From IMG/VR virus record IMGVR_UViG_2703718871_000021, positions 1 to 39,908 of that record: a stretch of DNA of 39,908 nucleotides; one strand, 5' to 3'. Source of the DNA: a virus. Taxonomy: Duplodnaviria; Heunggongvirae; Uroviricota; Caudoviricetes. The notes below the pieces were generated by a model. The model made no database searches and had not been told where the DNA came from. It saw nothing but the letters and a program-made list of their open reading frames with translations. The first letter of the stretch is position 1. Every line of letters starts with the position of its first letter. Made by a program: the position numbers and the translations under genes. Below are positions 17,713 to 28,971 of this stretch, one piece after another.

Positions 17713-18220
17713 GATTGTCATCGCGGCATTTTTCTTCTCTGCCTTTGGGGCGCTCGTCTGGTCTGCAAACCATTACCACAGCAAGTATCAGGCAGAAAAG
17801 TTGCGGGCTGATAAAGCGGAAGGTGAAGCTGAATATCAAGGGAAAGTGATAGCTAATCAGGCATTAAACTTCAATCGTTTTAACCAGATAGCAGAAAACG
17901 CAAGCCGATTAAATTCTCTGGTCGACATCGGTCACGAGAAGACAGTCATCAAATACCGTGAGGTTCTGCTCCGTGAAAAGAACTGTGATTTTCCTGTTCC
18001 TGTTGATATTGCTGTCGGGTTGCTCAACTACGCGAACCGTTTACGCGCCAGCGCATTGCACGCCGATTCCGGGGACATTGACTCAGCCGGTGATCGTGCC
18101 ACTACCACCAGAACGTTGACATATTGCCAGGCTGTTCTGTGGATTAACCCACTGTTGGCAGCCATCGAGAAGGCGAATAACCAGTTGGCTGGTGTCCGAC
18201 AAATAGAACAGTCCCGGTAA
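17696..18220 (+). CDS. Rz: Rz-like inner-membrane spanin
   Basis: 174-aa ORF overlapping endolysin stop; N-terminal TM segment (IVIAAFFFSAFGALVWSA) then charged coiled-coil-like region; lysis cassette position. Confidence 0.75.
   Translation: MKLTYKIVIAAFFFSAFGALVWSANHYHSKYQAEKLRADKAEGEAEYQGKVIANQALNFNRFNQIAENASRLNSLVDIGHEKTVIKYREVLLREKNCDFPVPVDIAVGLLNYANRLRASALHADSGDIDSAGDRATTTRTLTYCQAVLWINPLLAAIEKANNQLAGVRQIEQSR
17973..18119 (+). CDS. Rz1: Rz1-like outer-membrane lipoprotein spanin, embedded in Rz in another frame
   Basis: 48-codon ORF from GTG 17973: VKRTVIFLFLLILLSGCSTTRTVYAPAHCTPIPGTLTQPVIVPLPPER; lipobox L-S-G-C, proline-rich mature part; wholly inside Rz. Confidence 0.6.
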   Translation: MKRTVIFLFLLILLSGCSTTRTVYAPAHCTPIPGTLTQPVIVPLPPER

Positions 18221-18281
18221 TAGCATTACAGAAGCTCTTCCAGGAGGGGCTTCGATAATGACCTGATAACTGGAAAATAAA

Positions 18282-18854
18282 ATGACTAAGAAGCTGAAAG
18301 CAAAACACGAGGTGTTTTGTCGCGAGTTTCTTGTCGATCTGAATGCTACACAAGCAGCTATTCGCGCAGGCTACGTCTCCAGGCGAGCACATGTTACGGG
18401 GGCTGAACTATACGGTAAACCTGAGATACGCGCCCGTATTAACGAGCTAAAGCAGGAGCGTATTGATCAACTGGGCATTGATGCGAATTATGTGCTGATG
18501 CGACTGGTTGAGATCGACAGGCTCGATGTGGCTGACATCCTGGAGGACGATTTAAGTATTAAGCCTCTGTCTGCGTGGCCGGAATCGTGGCGTCGGTACC
18601 TGAGTGGATTTAACCTCGCTGAAATGTTTGAGGGGCGAGGAGATGACAGAGAAATGGTCGGGATCCTTAAAAAGATTAAGTGGCCTGATAAGGTTAAAAA
18701 CCTTGAGTTGCTTGGGCGTCATGTTTCTGTTCAGGCGTTTAAAGACAACGTCAAAAATGAAGTGACTGGCGCTGATGGAGGACCCGTCAGAACAGAAATT
18801 ACCAACTTAACGCCGGAGCAGGCTGCAGAGGCGTATAGAAGAATGATGGGCTAA
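18282..18854 (+). CDS. terminase small subunit
   Basis: 190-aa ORF; N-terminal [28 protein letters not shown] resembles Terminase_2-type small subunits; directly precedes large terminase. Confidence 0.7.
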   Translation: MTKKLKAKHEVFCREFLVDLNATQAAIRAGYVSRRAHVTGAELYGKPEIRARINELKQERIDQLGIDANYVLMRLVEIDRLDVADILEDDLSIKPLSAWPESWRRYLSGFNLAEMFEGRGDDREMVGILKKIKWPDKVKNLELLGRHVSVQAFKDNVKNEVTGADGGPVRTEITNLTPEQAAEAYRRMMG

Positions 18855-18856
18855 GT

Positions 18857-20479
18857 ATGCCGTTACCATTCCCCTTCGATTTTAAACATCCTGATTACCA
18901 GATGGTTTTTGAATGGCGGATGGAACGCCTACAGCGCATTCGCCAGAATCCTGAAATATTGCCTGCACTAAAACAGTTTTACCGAACTAATCCGGCTCAG
19001 TTCATCATCGACTGGGGCATGACAACGGACCCGCGTAATATTGATTATGGCCTGCCGGTGACCATTCCGTTTTTACTCTTCCCTAAGCAGGAGGAGTGGA
19101 TCCACTGGATTATGGAACGCTGGGGCAATCGGGAGAATGGTATTACCGAAAAATCCCGTGAAATGGGGCTCAGTTGGACCGCGATCGGACTGGCATGTTC
19201 GCTTTGTCTCTTCAACAAAGAAATGGTTATCGGTTTCGGCTCCCGTAAAGAGGAATACGTCGACAGCACCGGTGACCCGAAAGCATTGTTCTGGAAGGCG
19301 CGCAAGTTCGTGGAAACACTGCCTGTAGAGTTTCGCGGTTCGTGGAGCGAGAAGAAGCACGCGCCATATATGCGTGTTGAGTTTCCTGAAACTGGTGCCG
19401 TTATCAAAGGCGAGGCTGGCGATAATATTGGTCGTGGTGACCGTACCACGCTTTATCTGGTTGATGAGGCTGCATTCCTTCAGCGTCCTCTGCTGATTGA
19501 TGCGGCGTTGTCACAAACGACGCGTTGCCGTATCGACCTGAGTTCAGTTAACGGCATGGCGAACCCGTTCGCTCAGAAGCGTCATGGCGGGAAGATACCG
19601 GTATTCACATTCCACTGGCGGGATGATCCTCGCAAGGATGAAGAGTGGTATCGCAGGGAATGCGAGAAAATCGATAATCCGGTGGTGGTGGCACAGGAAC
19701 TTGATCTGAACTACAGCGCATCAGCGGAAGGCGTCCTGATTCCATCCGAATGGGTACAGGCTGCCGTTGATGCGCATATCAAACTGGGTATCCAGCCAAC
19801 AGGCAAACGACTTGGCGCGATGGATGTCGCCGACGAAGGCAGGGACAAAAATGCCTTTTCCACCCGTCATGGCTTCCTCCTGGAAAATGTGCGGGAATGG
19901 TCCGGTGTGGGCAGCGACATTTATCAGTCCGTCGAGAAGGTTTTCGGCTTTTGCGAACAGGATAACCTCGAAGAGTTTCGCTTTGACGAGGACGGGCTGG
20001 GCGCTGGCGTTCGCGGCGATGCACGCGCTATCAACGAACTGCGTAACGCTGCGCGTCGACCGTCAATACTCGCCACACCGTTTCGAGGTAGTGGCGCGGT
20101 ATTTGATCCGGATGATGAAGCTGTTCGCGGGGACAACGGGCAAGCCGCACGTCTGAACAAGGACTTCTTCGCTAACGCCAAAGCCCAAAGCTGGTGGCGG
20201 TTACGTAAACTTTTTCAGAATACCTGGCGCGCCGTGGTTGAAGGTATGGCTTACAACCCGGACGAAATCATCTCAATCAGCAGTAGCATGGCACTCAAAG
20301 ATAAACTCATCATCGAGCTTTCGCAGCCGACCTATTCCATTAATGGTGTGGGAAAAATCGTTATTGATAAACAGCCTGATGGGACCCGGTCGCCAAATCT
20401 TGCCGACTCGGTGATGATCAACTATGCCCCAATGAATTCAGCCCTGAACATCTGGGAGTTGCTAGGGAGACAGGCCTGA
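18857..20479 (+). CDS. terminase large subunit
   Basis: 540-aa ORF between TerS and portal; Walker B-like [11 protein letters not shown]; nuclease-like acidic motif [11 protein letters not shown]; canonical Walker A not obvious by eye. Confidence 0.7.
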   Translation: MPLPFPFDFKHPDYQMVFEWRMERLQRIRQNPEILPALKQFYRTNPAQFIIDWGMTTDPRNIDYGLPVTIPFLLFPKQEEWIHWIMERWGNRENGITEKSREMGLSWTAIGLACSLCLFNKEMVIGFGSRKEEYVDSTGDPKALFWKARKFVETLPVEFRGSWSEKKHAPYMRVEFPETGAVIKGEAGDNIGRGDRTTLYLVDEAAFLQRPLLIDAALSQTTRCRIDLSSVNGMANPFAQKRHGGKIPVFTFHWRDDPRKDEEWYRRECEKIDNPVVVAQELDLNYSASAEGVLIPSEWVQAAVDAHIKLGIQPTGKRLGAMDVADEGRDKNAFSTRHGFLLENVREWSGVGSDIYQSVEKVFGFCEQDNLEEFRFDEDGLGAGVRGDARAINELRNAARRPSILATPFRGSGAVFDPDDEAVRGDNGQAARLNKDFFANAKAQSWWRLRKLFQNTWRAVVEGMAYNPDEIISISSSMALKDKLIIELSQPTYSINGVGKIVIDKQPDGTRSPNLADSVMINYAPMNSALNIWELLGRQA

Positions 20480-21945
20480 TGGCACGAAACAAACAAGCCC
20501 TGCGGCGAACTGCGCAGGCCACAGCTGATGGTTATGAGAATTTTATCGCCCGCGTAGGGATGCAGACACCTAACCAGCACTCAGCATCCACCTACCGGGC
20601 TAATTTCACCAGTCGTAACCGCATGCTGGTGGAATGGTCCTATCGTTCTTCCTGGATCATCGGCGAAGCAGTCGATGCTATCCCGGATGATATGACCCGC
20701 AAAGGCATTCGCATCACTTCGGAAATTGATGCAAAAGATCGTGGCATTCTCGAATCACAACTGGATGATTTGCAAATCTGGGATGCGCTGAATGACGTGC
20801 TGAAATGGTCGCGCCTCTACGGCGGCGCGGTGGGTTTCATCATGATTGAGGGGCAGGCACCAATGACCCCGCTGCGACCCGAAACCATCGGTAAGGGCAA
20901 GTTTAAGGGGATTCTCCCGCTCGACCGCTGGATGATTGACCCGGTACTGACCCGCCGCATTAAAGATATGGGGCCGGACCTGGGTAAACCTGAGTTTTAT
21001 GATGTGGTGACCACAGCAACGGGAATTCCTGCCTGGCGCATTCATCACAGTCGCCTGATTCGCTTTGATGGCGTCACGCTGCCATTTCAGCAGAAGATGA
21101 CCGAGAACGAATGGGGAATGTCGGTTGTAGAGCGTATCTGGGATCGTCTTACCGCGTTCGACAGCGCTACTGTCGGTGCGGCGCAGCTGGTCTACAAGGC
21201 GCATTTGCGTACCTACAGCGTGGAGAAGCTACGCGAGCTTATCGCACTTGGTGGTCCTGCGTATGAAGCGTTGCTGAAGAATATTGACCTGATTCGACAG
21301 TTCCAGAGCAATGAAGGCATGACTCTCATGGACTCGCGGGATAAGTTTGAAACCCATCAGTACAGCTTCAGTGGTCTGGATGACATCCTTTCACAGTTTG
21401 CAGAACAGATTAGTGGCGCTGTTGGTATCCCACTGGTGCGGTTGTTCGGACAGTCCCCGAAGGGATTTTCTACCGGCGATGCAGACCTTGCCAACTATTA
21501 CGACCGGGTAAGTTCGTTGCAGGAGAGGCGTTTACGTCTTCCGGTGCGGCGGATACTGGACATCATGCATCGTTCGGAACTTGGCAAGCCGCTCCCGGAT
21601 GATTTCACATTTGAGTTTAACCCGCTCTGGCAAATGTCTGATGTCGATCGTTCAACGGTGGCATTAAATACCACCAACGCAATCAGTACAGCGCTGGGTG
21701 ATGGTCTGATGACACTGAAAGCTGCTATGACTGATTTGCGCGAAAATTCTGACGTAACCGGCATCGGGGCATCCATTACCGACGAGGACATCGAGAATGC
21801 CGAAGACGAAGCGCCGCCCGGCATCGGCGAACCTGATGACGAACCGCAGGAACCGTCAGGCGGAAATCCGCTATCGAACCAGCCTACGCAGGATAGCGCG
21901 GGCGGTCGGGGACATCGTAAATGGTCGCTACGATGGTTCAAATGA
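20479..21945 (+). CDS. portal protein
   Basis: 488-aa ORF following terminase with overlapping start; size and acidic C-terminal tail typical of portals. Confidence 0.65.
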   Translation: MARNKQALRRTAQATADGYENFIARVGMQTPNQHSASTYRANFTSRNRMLVEWSYRSSWIIGEAVDAIPDDMTRKGIRITSEIDAKDRGILESQLDDLQIWDALNDVLKWSRLYGGAVGFIMIEGQAPMTPLRPETIGKGKFKGILPLDRWMIDPVLTRRIKDMGPDLGKPEFYDVVTTATGIPAWRIHHSRLIRFDGVTLPFQQKMTENEWGMSVVERIWDRLTAFDSATVGAAQLVYKAHLRTYSVEKLRELIALGGPAYEALLKNIDLIRQFQSNEGMTLMDSRDKFETHQYSFSGLDDILSQFAEQISGAVGIPLVRLFGQSPKGFSTGDADLANYYDRVSSLQERRLRLPVRRILDIMHRSELGKPLPDDFTFEFNPLWQMSDVDRSTVALNTTNAISTALGDGLMTLKAAMTDLRENSDVTGIGASITDEDIENAEDEAPPGIGEPDDEPQEPSGGNPLSNQPTQDSAGGRGHRKWSLRWFK

Positions 21946-22570
21946 CAGTATCACGGAAATTATTGAGGCGCTGGAACGCTACAGTGAAATCATAACCCCC
22001 TGGGCGACAAAGGTCGCGGAAAACTTTACCGCCGACATTGTGCGCAAGAATGATGAGCAGTGGCGTAAACACAGCAAAACCATCAGCCGTGAGCTACGCA
22101 ATCTGGTAAACAGTGCCCCTCCAGGGCAGGTGATGAAATCCATCGTTGCTGAACAGGTTAAGTACATCAAATCGCTACCCCTCGAGGCGGCTGACAGGGT
22201 GTACGACATCCAGAATCGGGCGATAGAAGCTGTTGTTACCGGTGGGAGAGCGGAACATTTTGCTAAAGAAATAGCCGCATCGGGTGCTATAGCAAAGTCC
22301 AGAGCTGACCTGATTGCCCGTACTGAACTTGGACGTGCAACCGGCGCGCTGGATCAGGCGCGTGCGCTGTCAATTGGTTCGAATGGTTATATCTGGCGTA
22401 CAGCCGAAGATGGTGATGTCAGGCATTCTCATCGGGAAATGGAAGGTAAATTTGTCGAATGGGGCAAACCTCCAACGCTTGACGGCATGACAGGTCACGC
22501 TGGCGAGCTCCCGAATTGTCGCTGTTATAAAGAAATTGTTTTTCCCACCTCCCATTCTTACCCCGCCTGA
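21797..22570 (+). CDS. MuF/SPP1 gp7-like head morphogenesis protein
   Basis: 257-aa ORF; C-terminal RTELGRATGALDQARALSIGSNGYIWRTAEDGDVRHSHREMEGKF...PNCRC resembles the Mu F-like domain; 5' end overlaps portal by ~150 nt out of frame, start uncertain. Confidence 0.65.
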   Translation: MPKTKRRPASANLMTNRRNRQAEIRYRTSLRRIARAVGDIVNGRYDGSNDSITEIIEALERYSEIITPWATKVAENFTADIVRKNDEQWRKHSKTISRELRNLVNSAPPGQVMKSIVAEQVKYIKSLPLEAADRVYDIQNRAIEAVVTGGRAEHFAKEIAASGAIAKSRADLIARTELGRATGALDQARALSIGSNGYIWRTAEDGDVRHSHREMEGKFVEWGKPPTLDGMTGHAGELPNCRCYKEIVFPTSHSYPA

Positions 22571-22584
22571 ATCGCAGGTAACAC

Positions 22585-23805
22585 ATGAAATATTTTTTCA
22601 ATACCCGGCTGGGGGAAACCCGCTATCAGCTGGCTGACGGCTCGTTGCTGTGCAAAGACGTGCCGATAGGACGAACAGGTAAGCAGCTCTATGGTGCTGA
22701 TGACCTGCCAAAACTGAAACCCGATAAGTTCGGTGAAATAGTCGTCACGCGTTCTCCTGAGCAGGTATTCCATCCCGCCACGCTTGCCTCATTCGAAGGA
22801 ATGAGTATCACGGTGTTGCATCCCGAGGATGAAAACGGGGATGTGCGGCTGGTGAATCCAGAGAACTGGAAAGAGCTCGCGGTCGGGCATCTTCAGAATG
22901 TCCGGCGCGGGGCGGGTGTGCAGTCTGATTTGATGCTGGCTGACCTTATCGTCAAAGACGAAAACGCCATTCAGCTGATCGAAGATGGCCTGCGCGAAGT
23001 GTCGTGTGGCTATGACGCGGAATATAAACAGGCTGAGCCGGGTAAGGCTCAGCAGGTCGATATTACCGGAAACCATGTGGCTCTTGTCCCTAAAGGCAGA
23101 GCCGGAAATCGTTGTGCAATTGGAGACAGAGACACAATGGCAAATCAAAAGAAAAGCTGGTGGACCCGCATGCGCACGGCCATCAAAACGGGTGACGCTG
23201 ACACCATGAACGAACTGGTGGAGTCGGCTCCCGCATCGGTTACAGGAGATGAGGGGGATTTGCCGCAGGGCGTTAATCTCAACATCAACCTGTCCCCGCA
23301 GCAACCGCTACCGGACAAAGCACCAGAGATGGGCGGAGGTCCAACCGGCGACAGTGATGATGACCTCAAAACATTACTGAAAGCCCTGCTGGCTAAGCTG
23401 GAAGGAAATGCGACGGGCGATAACGACAATAAGCCTGACGATAATCCGACCGGTGACGGCGAGGACGATGAAGAGGAAACCACGATTACTGGTGACTCAG
23501 CCTGGCGTGCCGAAGTTATCGTTCCGGGTATCGATCTGAGCCGTAAGATGAAACCGACCGCGTTCAAACGTGAGGTTCTGGCTTCTGCTGACAAAACGCT
23601 GGTTCGCCAGATAGTCGGTGATGCGGATATCCGCAAATTACCGAAACAATCGGTCGACATGGCGTTTAATGCCGTGTCTGAGATTGCCAAAGGGCGAAAC
23701 ACCCGCGCCACCACCGGCGATGCACAGCGCCCAAACATGGGCATGACCAGTATCGCTTCCCTGAACAAACAAAACGCTGAATTCTGGGCAAACCGTAAAG
23801 GGTAA
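22585..23805 (+). CDS. putative capsid scaffolding/maturation protein
   Basis: 406-aa ORF between MuF-like and capsid genes; long acidic Gly/Asp-rich low-complexity linker (GDSDDDLKTLL...DNDNKPDDNPTGDGEDDEEE) typical of scaffolds. Confidence 0.5.
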   Translation: MKYFFNTRLGETRYQLADGSLLCKDVPIGRTGKQLYGADDLPKLKPDKFGEIVVTRSPEQVFHPATLASFEGMSITVLHPEDENGDVRLVNPENWKELAVGHLQNVRRGAGVQSDLMLADLIVKDENAIQLIEDGLREVSCGYDAEYKQAEPGKAQQVDITGNHVALVPKGRAGNRCAIGDRDTMANQKKSWWTRMRTAIKTGDADTMNELVESAPASVTGDEGDLPQGVNLNINLSPQQPLPDKAPEMGGGPTGDSDDDLKTLLKALLAKLEGNATGDNDNKPDDNPTGDGEDDEEETTITGDSAWRAEVIVPGIDLSRKMKPTAFKREVLASADKTLVRQIVGDADIRKLPKQSVDMAFNAVSEIAKGRNTRATTGDAQRPNMGMTSIASLNKQNAEFWANRKG

Positions 23806-23808
23806 AAA

Positions 23809-24315
23809 ATGAATAATGTATTTCTGTACCGGATGCCTGTTGGCATTGCCGGGGCCGTCTCTCGCCCGCAGGACTTAACCGTCGAACCGGTGGTCCTTAA
23901 ATCCGATAACGCCTTCGCTGCCTATGGCCTGGCTGGTAAATACGATGATGACGGTTTTTTCGTGCCGCTGGCAGATGGTGATACCGCAGACAAGGTGAAG
24001 GGGATCTACGTGCGCCCTTATCCGACCACTTCGCAGCCGGACATGGTTCGCCAGGTGGGGACTGGCAAGAACTTCCCGGGCGACGCCATGAAGCGTGGCT
24101 ACGTGACCGTTAATCTCGGTTCTGATTTTGATGCCAGCACCATCAAAAAAGGCGACCCGGTATACATTGTCGTCTCCACTGATGAATCCATCAAAGTGCC
24201 GCTGGGTGGATTCATGGCCACGTCAGTCAGTGGCAAAAACGTGGTGCTGACCAACGCTGAATTCACAGGTGCCGGAGATGCTGACGGCAATGCAGAAATT
24301 TCCTGGAAGATTTAA
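23809..24315 (+). CDS. hypothetical head protein (possible decoration/structural protein)
   Basis: 168-aa ORF immediately upstream of the putative major capsid gene. Confidence 0.5.
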   Translation: MNNVFLYRMPVGIAGAVSRPQDLTVEPVVLKSDNAFAAYGLAGKYDDDGFFVPLADGDTADKVKGIYVRPYPTTSQPDMVRQVGTGKNFPGDAMKRGYVTVNLGSDFDASTIKKGDPVYIVVSTDESIKVPLGGFMATSVSGKNVVLTNAEFTGAGDADGNAEISWKI

Positions 24316-24326
24316 GGAACAGACGA

Positions 24327-25268
24327 ATGATTACTTTTGATCAGGCAACCGTTGACAGCTCTGGTGCCTTTCTCATCGGGGAGCTGGAGCGACTCGACCA
24401 GACGCTGAACCTGCCACTGGTGGGGTACACCTGGACCCGCGATATTCAGTTGCGTGAAGATGTCTCCATCGCAGATGACATTTCCAGCTGGACGAATACC
24501 AGCTTCGCCGCTGCGGGTACTGGTGCAAATCCGAATGGCAAAAACTGGGTAGGCAAAGACTCAACCGCTATTGCTGGCGTGAACGTGGATATCGGCAAAT
24601 CCGGTAACCCGCTGAACCTGTGGGGGATGGAACTTGGCTGGACGGTCATAGAATTGCAGGCTGCTCAGCAGATCGGACGCCCGATTGATACGCAGAAGTA
24701 TGACGGGATGCAACTGAAATGGCAGATGGATAACGATGAACAGGTATATGTTGGCGATTCCGCATTAAACCTGAAAGGTCTTGTTACCCTGGACGGCGTG
24801 CCTGTCAACAACGCTGCCAAAACGTGGGCAACCTCAACACCGGACGAAATCCGCGCAAGCATTAACCAGGTGCTGTCTGATGCGTGGGCCGCTTCCGGTT
24901 ACTCTGTGGTTCCGCGTGATTTGCTGATCCCGCCTGAGCAGTTTGCTCTGTTGTCCAGCATCATCGTTTCATCTGCGGGTAACCAGTCCCTGTTGACGTA
25001 CCTTCAGACCAACACCATCAGCTATCACCAGAACGGTGTTCCGCTGAATATCCGCGCGGTTAAATGGCTGAAAGGCCGTGGTGTGGGGAATAAGGATCGC
25101 ATGGTTGCGTACACCAACGATAAAAAATACGTCCGCTACCCGCTGGTTCCGCTTCAGAGCGTGCCGGTGCAGTATCGCGGTCTGTATCAGATCGTCACTT
25201 ACTACGGCAAGCTGGGTGCAGTCGAGCCAGTGTACAAAGAAACCATTTCGTACGTTGATGGCATTTAA
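24327..25268 (+). CDS. putative major capsid protein
   Basis: 313-aa ORF with good RBS (AAGGAA) in the capsid position after scaffold; assignment by synteny and size. Confidence 0.55.
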   Translation: MITFDQATVDSSGAFLIGELERLDQTLNLPLVGYTWTRDIQLREDVSIADDISSWTNTSFAAAGTGANPNGKNWVGKDSTAIAGVNVDIGKSGNPLNLWGMELGWTVIELQAAQQIGRPIDTQKYDGMQLKWQMDNDEQVYVGDSALNLKGLVTLDGVPVNNAAKTWATSTPDEIRASINQVLSDAWAASGYSVVPRDLLIPPEQFALLSSIIVSSAGNQSLLTYLQTNTISYHQNGVPLNIRAVKWLKGRGVGNKDRMVAYTNDKKYVRYPLVPLQSVPVQYRGLYQIVTYYGKLGAVEPVYKETISYVDGI

Positions 25269-25308
25269 CAGCCATATGGCCCCTGGCGGGGCCATTAAGG
25301 ATGACCCG

Positions 25309-25530
25309 ATGGCAAAAAATAATGCAGTAATACACGTACATACCCCGTTTGTGCTCACGCTTCCCGACGGTTCACGGCGCGAGTTTGTTAAAGGCCGTCA
25401 TGCTGTGGAGGAAGACGTTGCCACGCACTGGTTCACTCGTGCGCACGCGGAAGTATCCGTTGGCAAAGCCACAGACGCGCGTAACGAGGTAAAAAATGCC
25501 AAAGAATCAAAGTCTGCCAGCGGTAAGTGA
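25309..25530 (+). CDS. hypothetical small virion-module protein
   Basis: ~73-aa ORF from ATG 25309 (RBS AAGGA); the ORF-track entry 25078-25530 overlaps the capsid gene upstream, so the real start is taken after the capsid stop. Confidence 0.4.
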   Translation: MAKNNAVIHVHTPFVLTLPDGSRREFVKGRHAVEEDVATHWFTRAHAEVSVGKATDARNEVKNAKESKSASGK

Positions 25531-25903
25531 TTTTCGCCGCGACTTCCCGCAGTTTGCTGACCCTGCCAAATATCCCGAAGCGCAAATCCAGTTTCGTCTG
25601 AATCTGGCCGATGAACTGCTGAGCGAAAACGTCACCAGCAAAAAGTTGTTTCCGTACTTTGCCGGATTGTTCGTTGCACACTACATGACGCTCTGGGCGG
25701 CAGACAGCCGGGCGATGCTGGCTGGCGGGCTGGGCGGTTCAACCAATGGTGTTCAGTCCTCAAAGTCCGTGGATAAGGTAAGCGTCAGTTATGACACCAG
25801 CGCGACGCTGAATCCTGATGCAGGTTTCTGGAATAACACCCGATATGGCGCTGAATTTTATCAGTTGATCACGATGTTCGGTGCAGGTGGTCGCCAGCTA
25901 TGA
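25496..25903 (+). CDS. hypothetical head-tail joining region protein
   Basis: 135-aa ORF in compact co-oriented gene string; overlapping stops/starts with neighbours. Confidence 0.5.
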   Translation: MPKNQSLPAVSDFRRDFPQFADPAKYPEAQIQFRLNLADELLSENVTSKKLFPYFAGLFVAHYMTLWAADSRAMLAGGLGGSTNGVQSSKSVDKVSVSYDTSATLNPDAGFWNNTRYGAEFYQLITMFGAGGRQL

Positions 25904-26454
25904 GTTTCAAAAGCGGTGTAACAACGAGGGTGGATAACGCTAAGGCCATTCTGGATGCGCTCAGGTCGTTAACCCAAAAAGATGTGCTGGTCGGCATCCC
26001 TTCGGAAGACAGCGGGCGGGATGATGTTCCGTTTGGTAATGCGGGCATCGGTTACCTCAACGAATACGGCTCACCAGAGCAGAATATCCCGCCACGACCT
26101 CACCTGGTCCCCGGCGTTAAATCGGCAGAAGAGCAGACGGTGCCGCAGCTCAAAGCCGCGGCGCAGGCTGCACTTGATGGTAATGCTGCGGGAGCAGAAA
26201 GTGCACTCAACCGTGCCGGAACGCTGGCCGTTAATGGCGTCAGGCGTTACATGACCATTACCGGCTTTACGCCGCTTGCTGACAGTACTGTTGAAGCCCG
26301 GGCTCGTCGGGGGCGCAAGGGGGCAACAATGGAACTTGCCCGGCGTGCTGCTGGCGAATCTCCGGGAACCGATCTGGCGAAACCATTAATTGATACCGGG
26401 CAATATCGCAGAGCGATTACCCATGTTGTGAGGGATAAAGATGCCGACTCTTGA
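25900..26454 (+). CDS. hypothetical head-tail joining region protein
   Basis: 184-aa ORF, start overlaps previous stop (ATGA). Confidence 0.5.
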   Translation: MSFKSGVTTRVDNAKAILDALRSLTQKDVLVGIPSEDSGRDDVPFGNAGIGYLNEYGSPEQNIPPRPHLVPGVKSAEEQTVPQLKAAAQAALDGNAAGAESALNRAGTLAVNGVRRYMTITGFTPLADSTVEARARRGRKGATMELARRAAGESPGTDLAKPLIDTGQYRRAITHVVRDKDADS

Positions 26455-26830
26455 TGTAACAGATGTGCTTTTTGACCCCGATTTTTGCGACTTCAATTTG
26501 TGGGTAACACGCCGTGTGCAAACGGTGGATGAGGACGGGATCGGCAGCGACAGCGAAGTTAAAAAGCAGTTTGCCGGAGTCGTTACTGTTGATCGCTCTC
26601 TGGAAAACCGTCGTATGCAGGCCGGGCAGGTAATCAGTGGTGCAATTCTGATTGTGACGACTGAGCGACTGACGCAGGGACAGACTGGCCGTGATGCCGA
26701 TATCGTGACGTATCAGGGCAGTGATTATCGTGTGACCTTCGTCGACCCGTATACAGCTTATGGTGCCGGATTCGTTCAGGCGCATTGTGAGTTGCTGCCG
26801 TTTGATGGGGGAATTCCGGTTGAGCAATAA
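26441..26830 (+). CDS. hypothetical head-tail joining region protein
   Basis: 129-aa ORF overlapping previous gene end. Confidence 0.5.
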   Translation: MPTLDVTDVLFDPDFCDFNLWVTRRVQTVDEDGIGSDSEVKKQFAGVVTVDRSLENRRMQAGQVISGAILIVTTERLTQGQTGRDADIVTYQGSDYRVTFVDPYTAYGAGFVQAHCELLPFDGGIPVEQ

Positions 26831-27368
26831 CACCAGCACAGAGCGCGGATGGCTGATACCAACCAGTGGCGATCCGGATTATGACGAAGCGCTCGACAGG
26901 CTGTTAAGCCAGTGGATGCGTAACGTTTCCGGTCTGTCTGCCGGGATGGTTCGTCCGCGCTGGCAGAAAGAGCAGCCGCCACTGCTACCGGCTGAAACGA
27001 ACTGGTGTGCGTTTGGGGTTATCGGATGGTCAGGTGATGACAGCCCGGCATTCACCAGACAGACCGATGATGGCTCTCAGCTCTGGCGGCATGAAACGAT
27101 TGAGTGTATGGCTTCGTTTTATGGACCGGCGGGGATGGTGTATGCGTCCCGGTTTCGTGACGGTATATCTGTGCCGCAGAACAATGCAGCACTGAATGCG
27201 CTGGGGCTGTCTCTTGGCGATTACACAGGTCTGACTCCCTTCCCTGAACTTATTAATCAGCAATGGGTCCGCCGCTACGATATGACGGTGCGCCTGCGCC
27301 GGAAGGTTGTGCGCGAGTACGGTATTAAATCGCTGGTGGAAGCACCAGTCATCTTTTTCGGAGATTAA
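26805..27368 (+). CDS. hypothetical tail-module protein
   Basis: ORF open from 26760; first ATG at 26805; precedes the sheath gene; start uncertain. Confidence 0.45.
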   Translation: MGEFRLSNNTSTERGWLIPTSGDPDYDEALDRLLSQWMRNVSGLSAGMVRPRWQKEQPPLLPAETNWCAFGVIGWSGDDSPAFTRQTDDGSQLWRHETIECMASFYGPAGMVYASRFRDGISVPQNNAALNALGLSLGDYTGLTPFPELINQQWVRRYDMTVRLRRKVVREYGIKSLVEAPVIFFGD

Positions 27369-27371
27369 GCT

Positions 27372-28517
27372 ATGGCACAGGGCTTGCCTGTATCAAACGT
27401 TGTTAATGTTGATGTGATCATGTCGCCGCGTGCAGCATCAGGGCGAAATTTTGGTGCATTACTCATTCTCGGCCCGTCCACAATCATTCCGGTAAGTGAG
27501 CGCATTCGTCGTTATTCTGCCGCGGAAGATATTGGAAAAGATTTTGGCGTGGAATCACCAGAATATAAGGCTGCGCAGGTGTTTTTCTCACAATCACCGA
27601 AACCTCAGGAGGTTTTTGTTGGTCGTTGGGTGAAAACGAAGGGAGACAGCGAACAGGCCACGCCTGAGACGCTGGAGCAGGCTGTGAATGCCATGCTCGA
27701 TTATACTTCATGGTATGGGCTGGGGATTGCAGACGATGAAGATATTCCGGATGCAGACTGGCTGAAAGTGGCTGCGGCGATTGAATCCTCTTCTGTAAGC
27801 CGTATTCTGGCGATTACGACAAGCGATGAGAAATGCCTGCAGACTGCATCCAGCGATGATTTGGCATCAAAACTGAAAACCGCCGGATATTCACGCAGTT
27901 TTATTCAATATTCATCGGGTAATAAATACGCTGCGTTATCTGCATTTGGCCTGGCATTCACGGTTAATTTTAATGGCAGTAATACCGCGATTACGCTCAA
28001 GTTTAAGCAGGAGCCGGGTGTCGGGTATGAAACACTGACAGTCAGCCAGGCATCGGCACTTGATGCAAAAAACTGCAATGTATTCGTGTACTACCAGAAT
28101 GATACGGCTATCCTCCAGCAGGGAGTGATGGCTAACGGCGATTTCTTTGATGAACGCCACGGCCTGGACTGGTTACAGAATTATGTGCAGACCAACCTCT
28201 ATAACCTGCTTTATACCAGCACCACGAAAGTTCCCCAGACTGAAGCCGGTATTACCCGACTGTTATCAAATGTAGAAAAATCACTGGATCAGGCCGTTCA
28301 GAATGGACTGATTGCTCCGGGCGTATGGAACGGTGGCGACCTTGGTCAGTTGTCATCAGGTGACACGCTGCCCAAAGGTTATTACGTATACGCCCAGCCG
28401 CTGGATGAACAGGCACAATCAGAACGTGAAGCCCGTAAGGCTCCGGTGAGTCAGGCTGCAATAAAACTTGCAGGCGCGGTTCATTACGCTGACGTACAGA
28501 TTAACGTTGTTCGCTAA
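27372..28517 (+). CDS. putative contractile tail sheath protein
   Basis: 381-aa ORF directly followed by a ~146-aa tube-sized gene, chaperone with frameshift and tape measure, the standard myovirus order. Confidence 0.6.
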   Translation: MAQGLPVSNVVNVDVIMSPRAASGRNFGALLILGPSTIIPVSERIRRYSAAEDIGKDFGVESPEYKAAQVFFSQSPKPQEVFVGRWVKTKGDSEQATPETLEQAVNAMLDYTSWYGLGIADDEDIPDADWLKVAAAIESSSVSRILAITTSDEKCLQTASSDDLASKLKTAGYSRSFIQYSSGNKYAALSAFGLAFTVNFNGSNTAITLKFKQEPGVGYETLTVSQASALDAKNCNVFVYYQNDTAILQQGVMANGDFFDERHGLDWLQNYVQTNLYNLLYTSTTKVPQTEAGITRLLSNVEKSLDQAVQNGLIAPGVWNGGDLGQLSSGDTLPKGYYVYAQPLDEQAQSEREARKAPVSQAAIKLAGAVHYADVQINVVR

Positions 28518-28527
28518 GGGGAAGTGA

Positions 28528-28968
28528 ATGTCTACCTATTCTTTTATGGATGTCACTGCGACGCTGACCGGGCCGACCGGTTCGATTGACCTCGGGTACG
28601 GTTCGGCAAGTTCTGAAGAGGGGATTGTGGTTGCGATGGGCGGTCCTAAAAACACCATGACCATCGGTGCTGATGGCGAAGTGATGCACAGCCTCCATGC
28701 AGATAAAAGCGGGACGATTACCGTTAACCTTCTGAAGACATCACCGACAAATAAAAAATTGTCGCTGGCGTATAACGCACAGAGCCAGTCTTCTGCCTCA
28801 TGGGGGAATAACGTTATCGTGATCCGCAACAAGGTCAGCGGCGACATCATCACGGCACGCAGTGTTGCGTTCCAGAAACAACCGGATAACGCCAACGCTA
28901 AAACCGGTAATACGATGCCGTGGGTGTTTGACTGCGGCAAGATTGACCAGGTTCTCGGGGAGTTTTAA
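28528..28968 (+). CDS. putative tail tube protein
   Basis: 146-aa ORF between sheath and chaperone genes. Confidence 0.55.
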   Translation: MSTYSFMDVTATLTGPTGSIDLGYGSASSEEGIVVAMGGPKNTMTIGADGEVMHSLHADKSGTITVNLLKTSPTNKKLSLAYNAQSQSSASWGNNVIVIRNKVSGDIITARSVAFQKQPDNANAKTGNTMPWVFDCGKIDQVLGEF

Positions 28969-28971
28969 TAC

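Noticed and set aside
23145-23846. 233-aa minus-strand ORF
   Set aside because: Antisense to the scaffold-like gene; low-complexity Ser/Pro-rich translation that mirrors the acidic repeat region of the sense gene.
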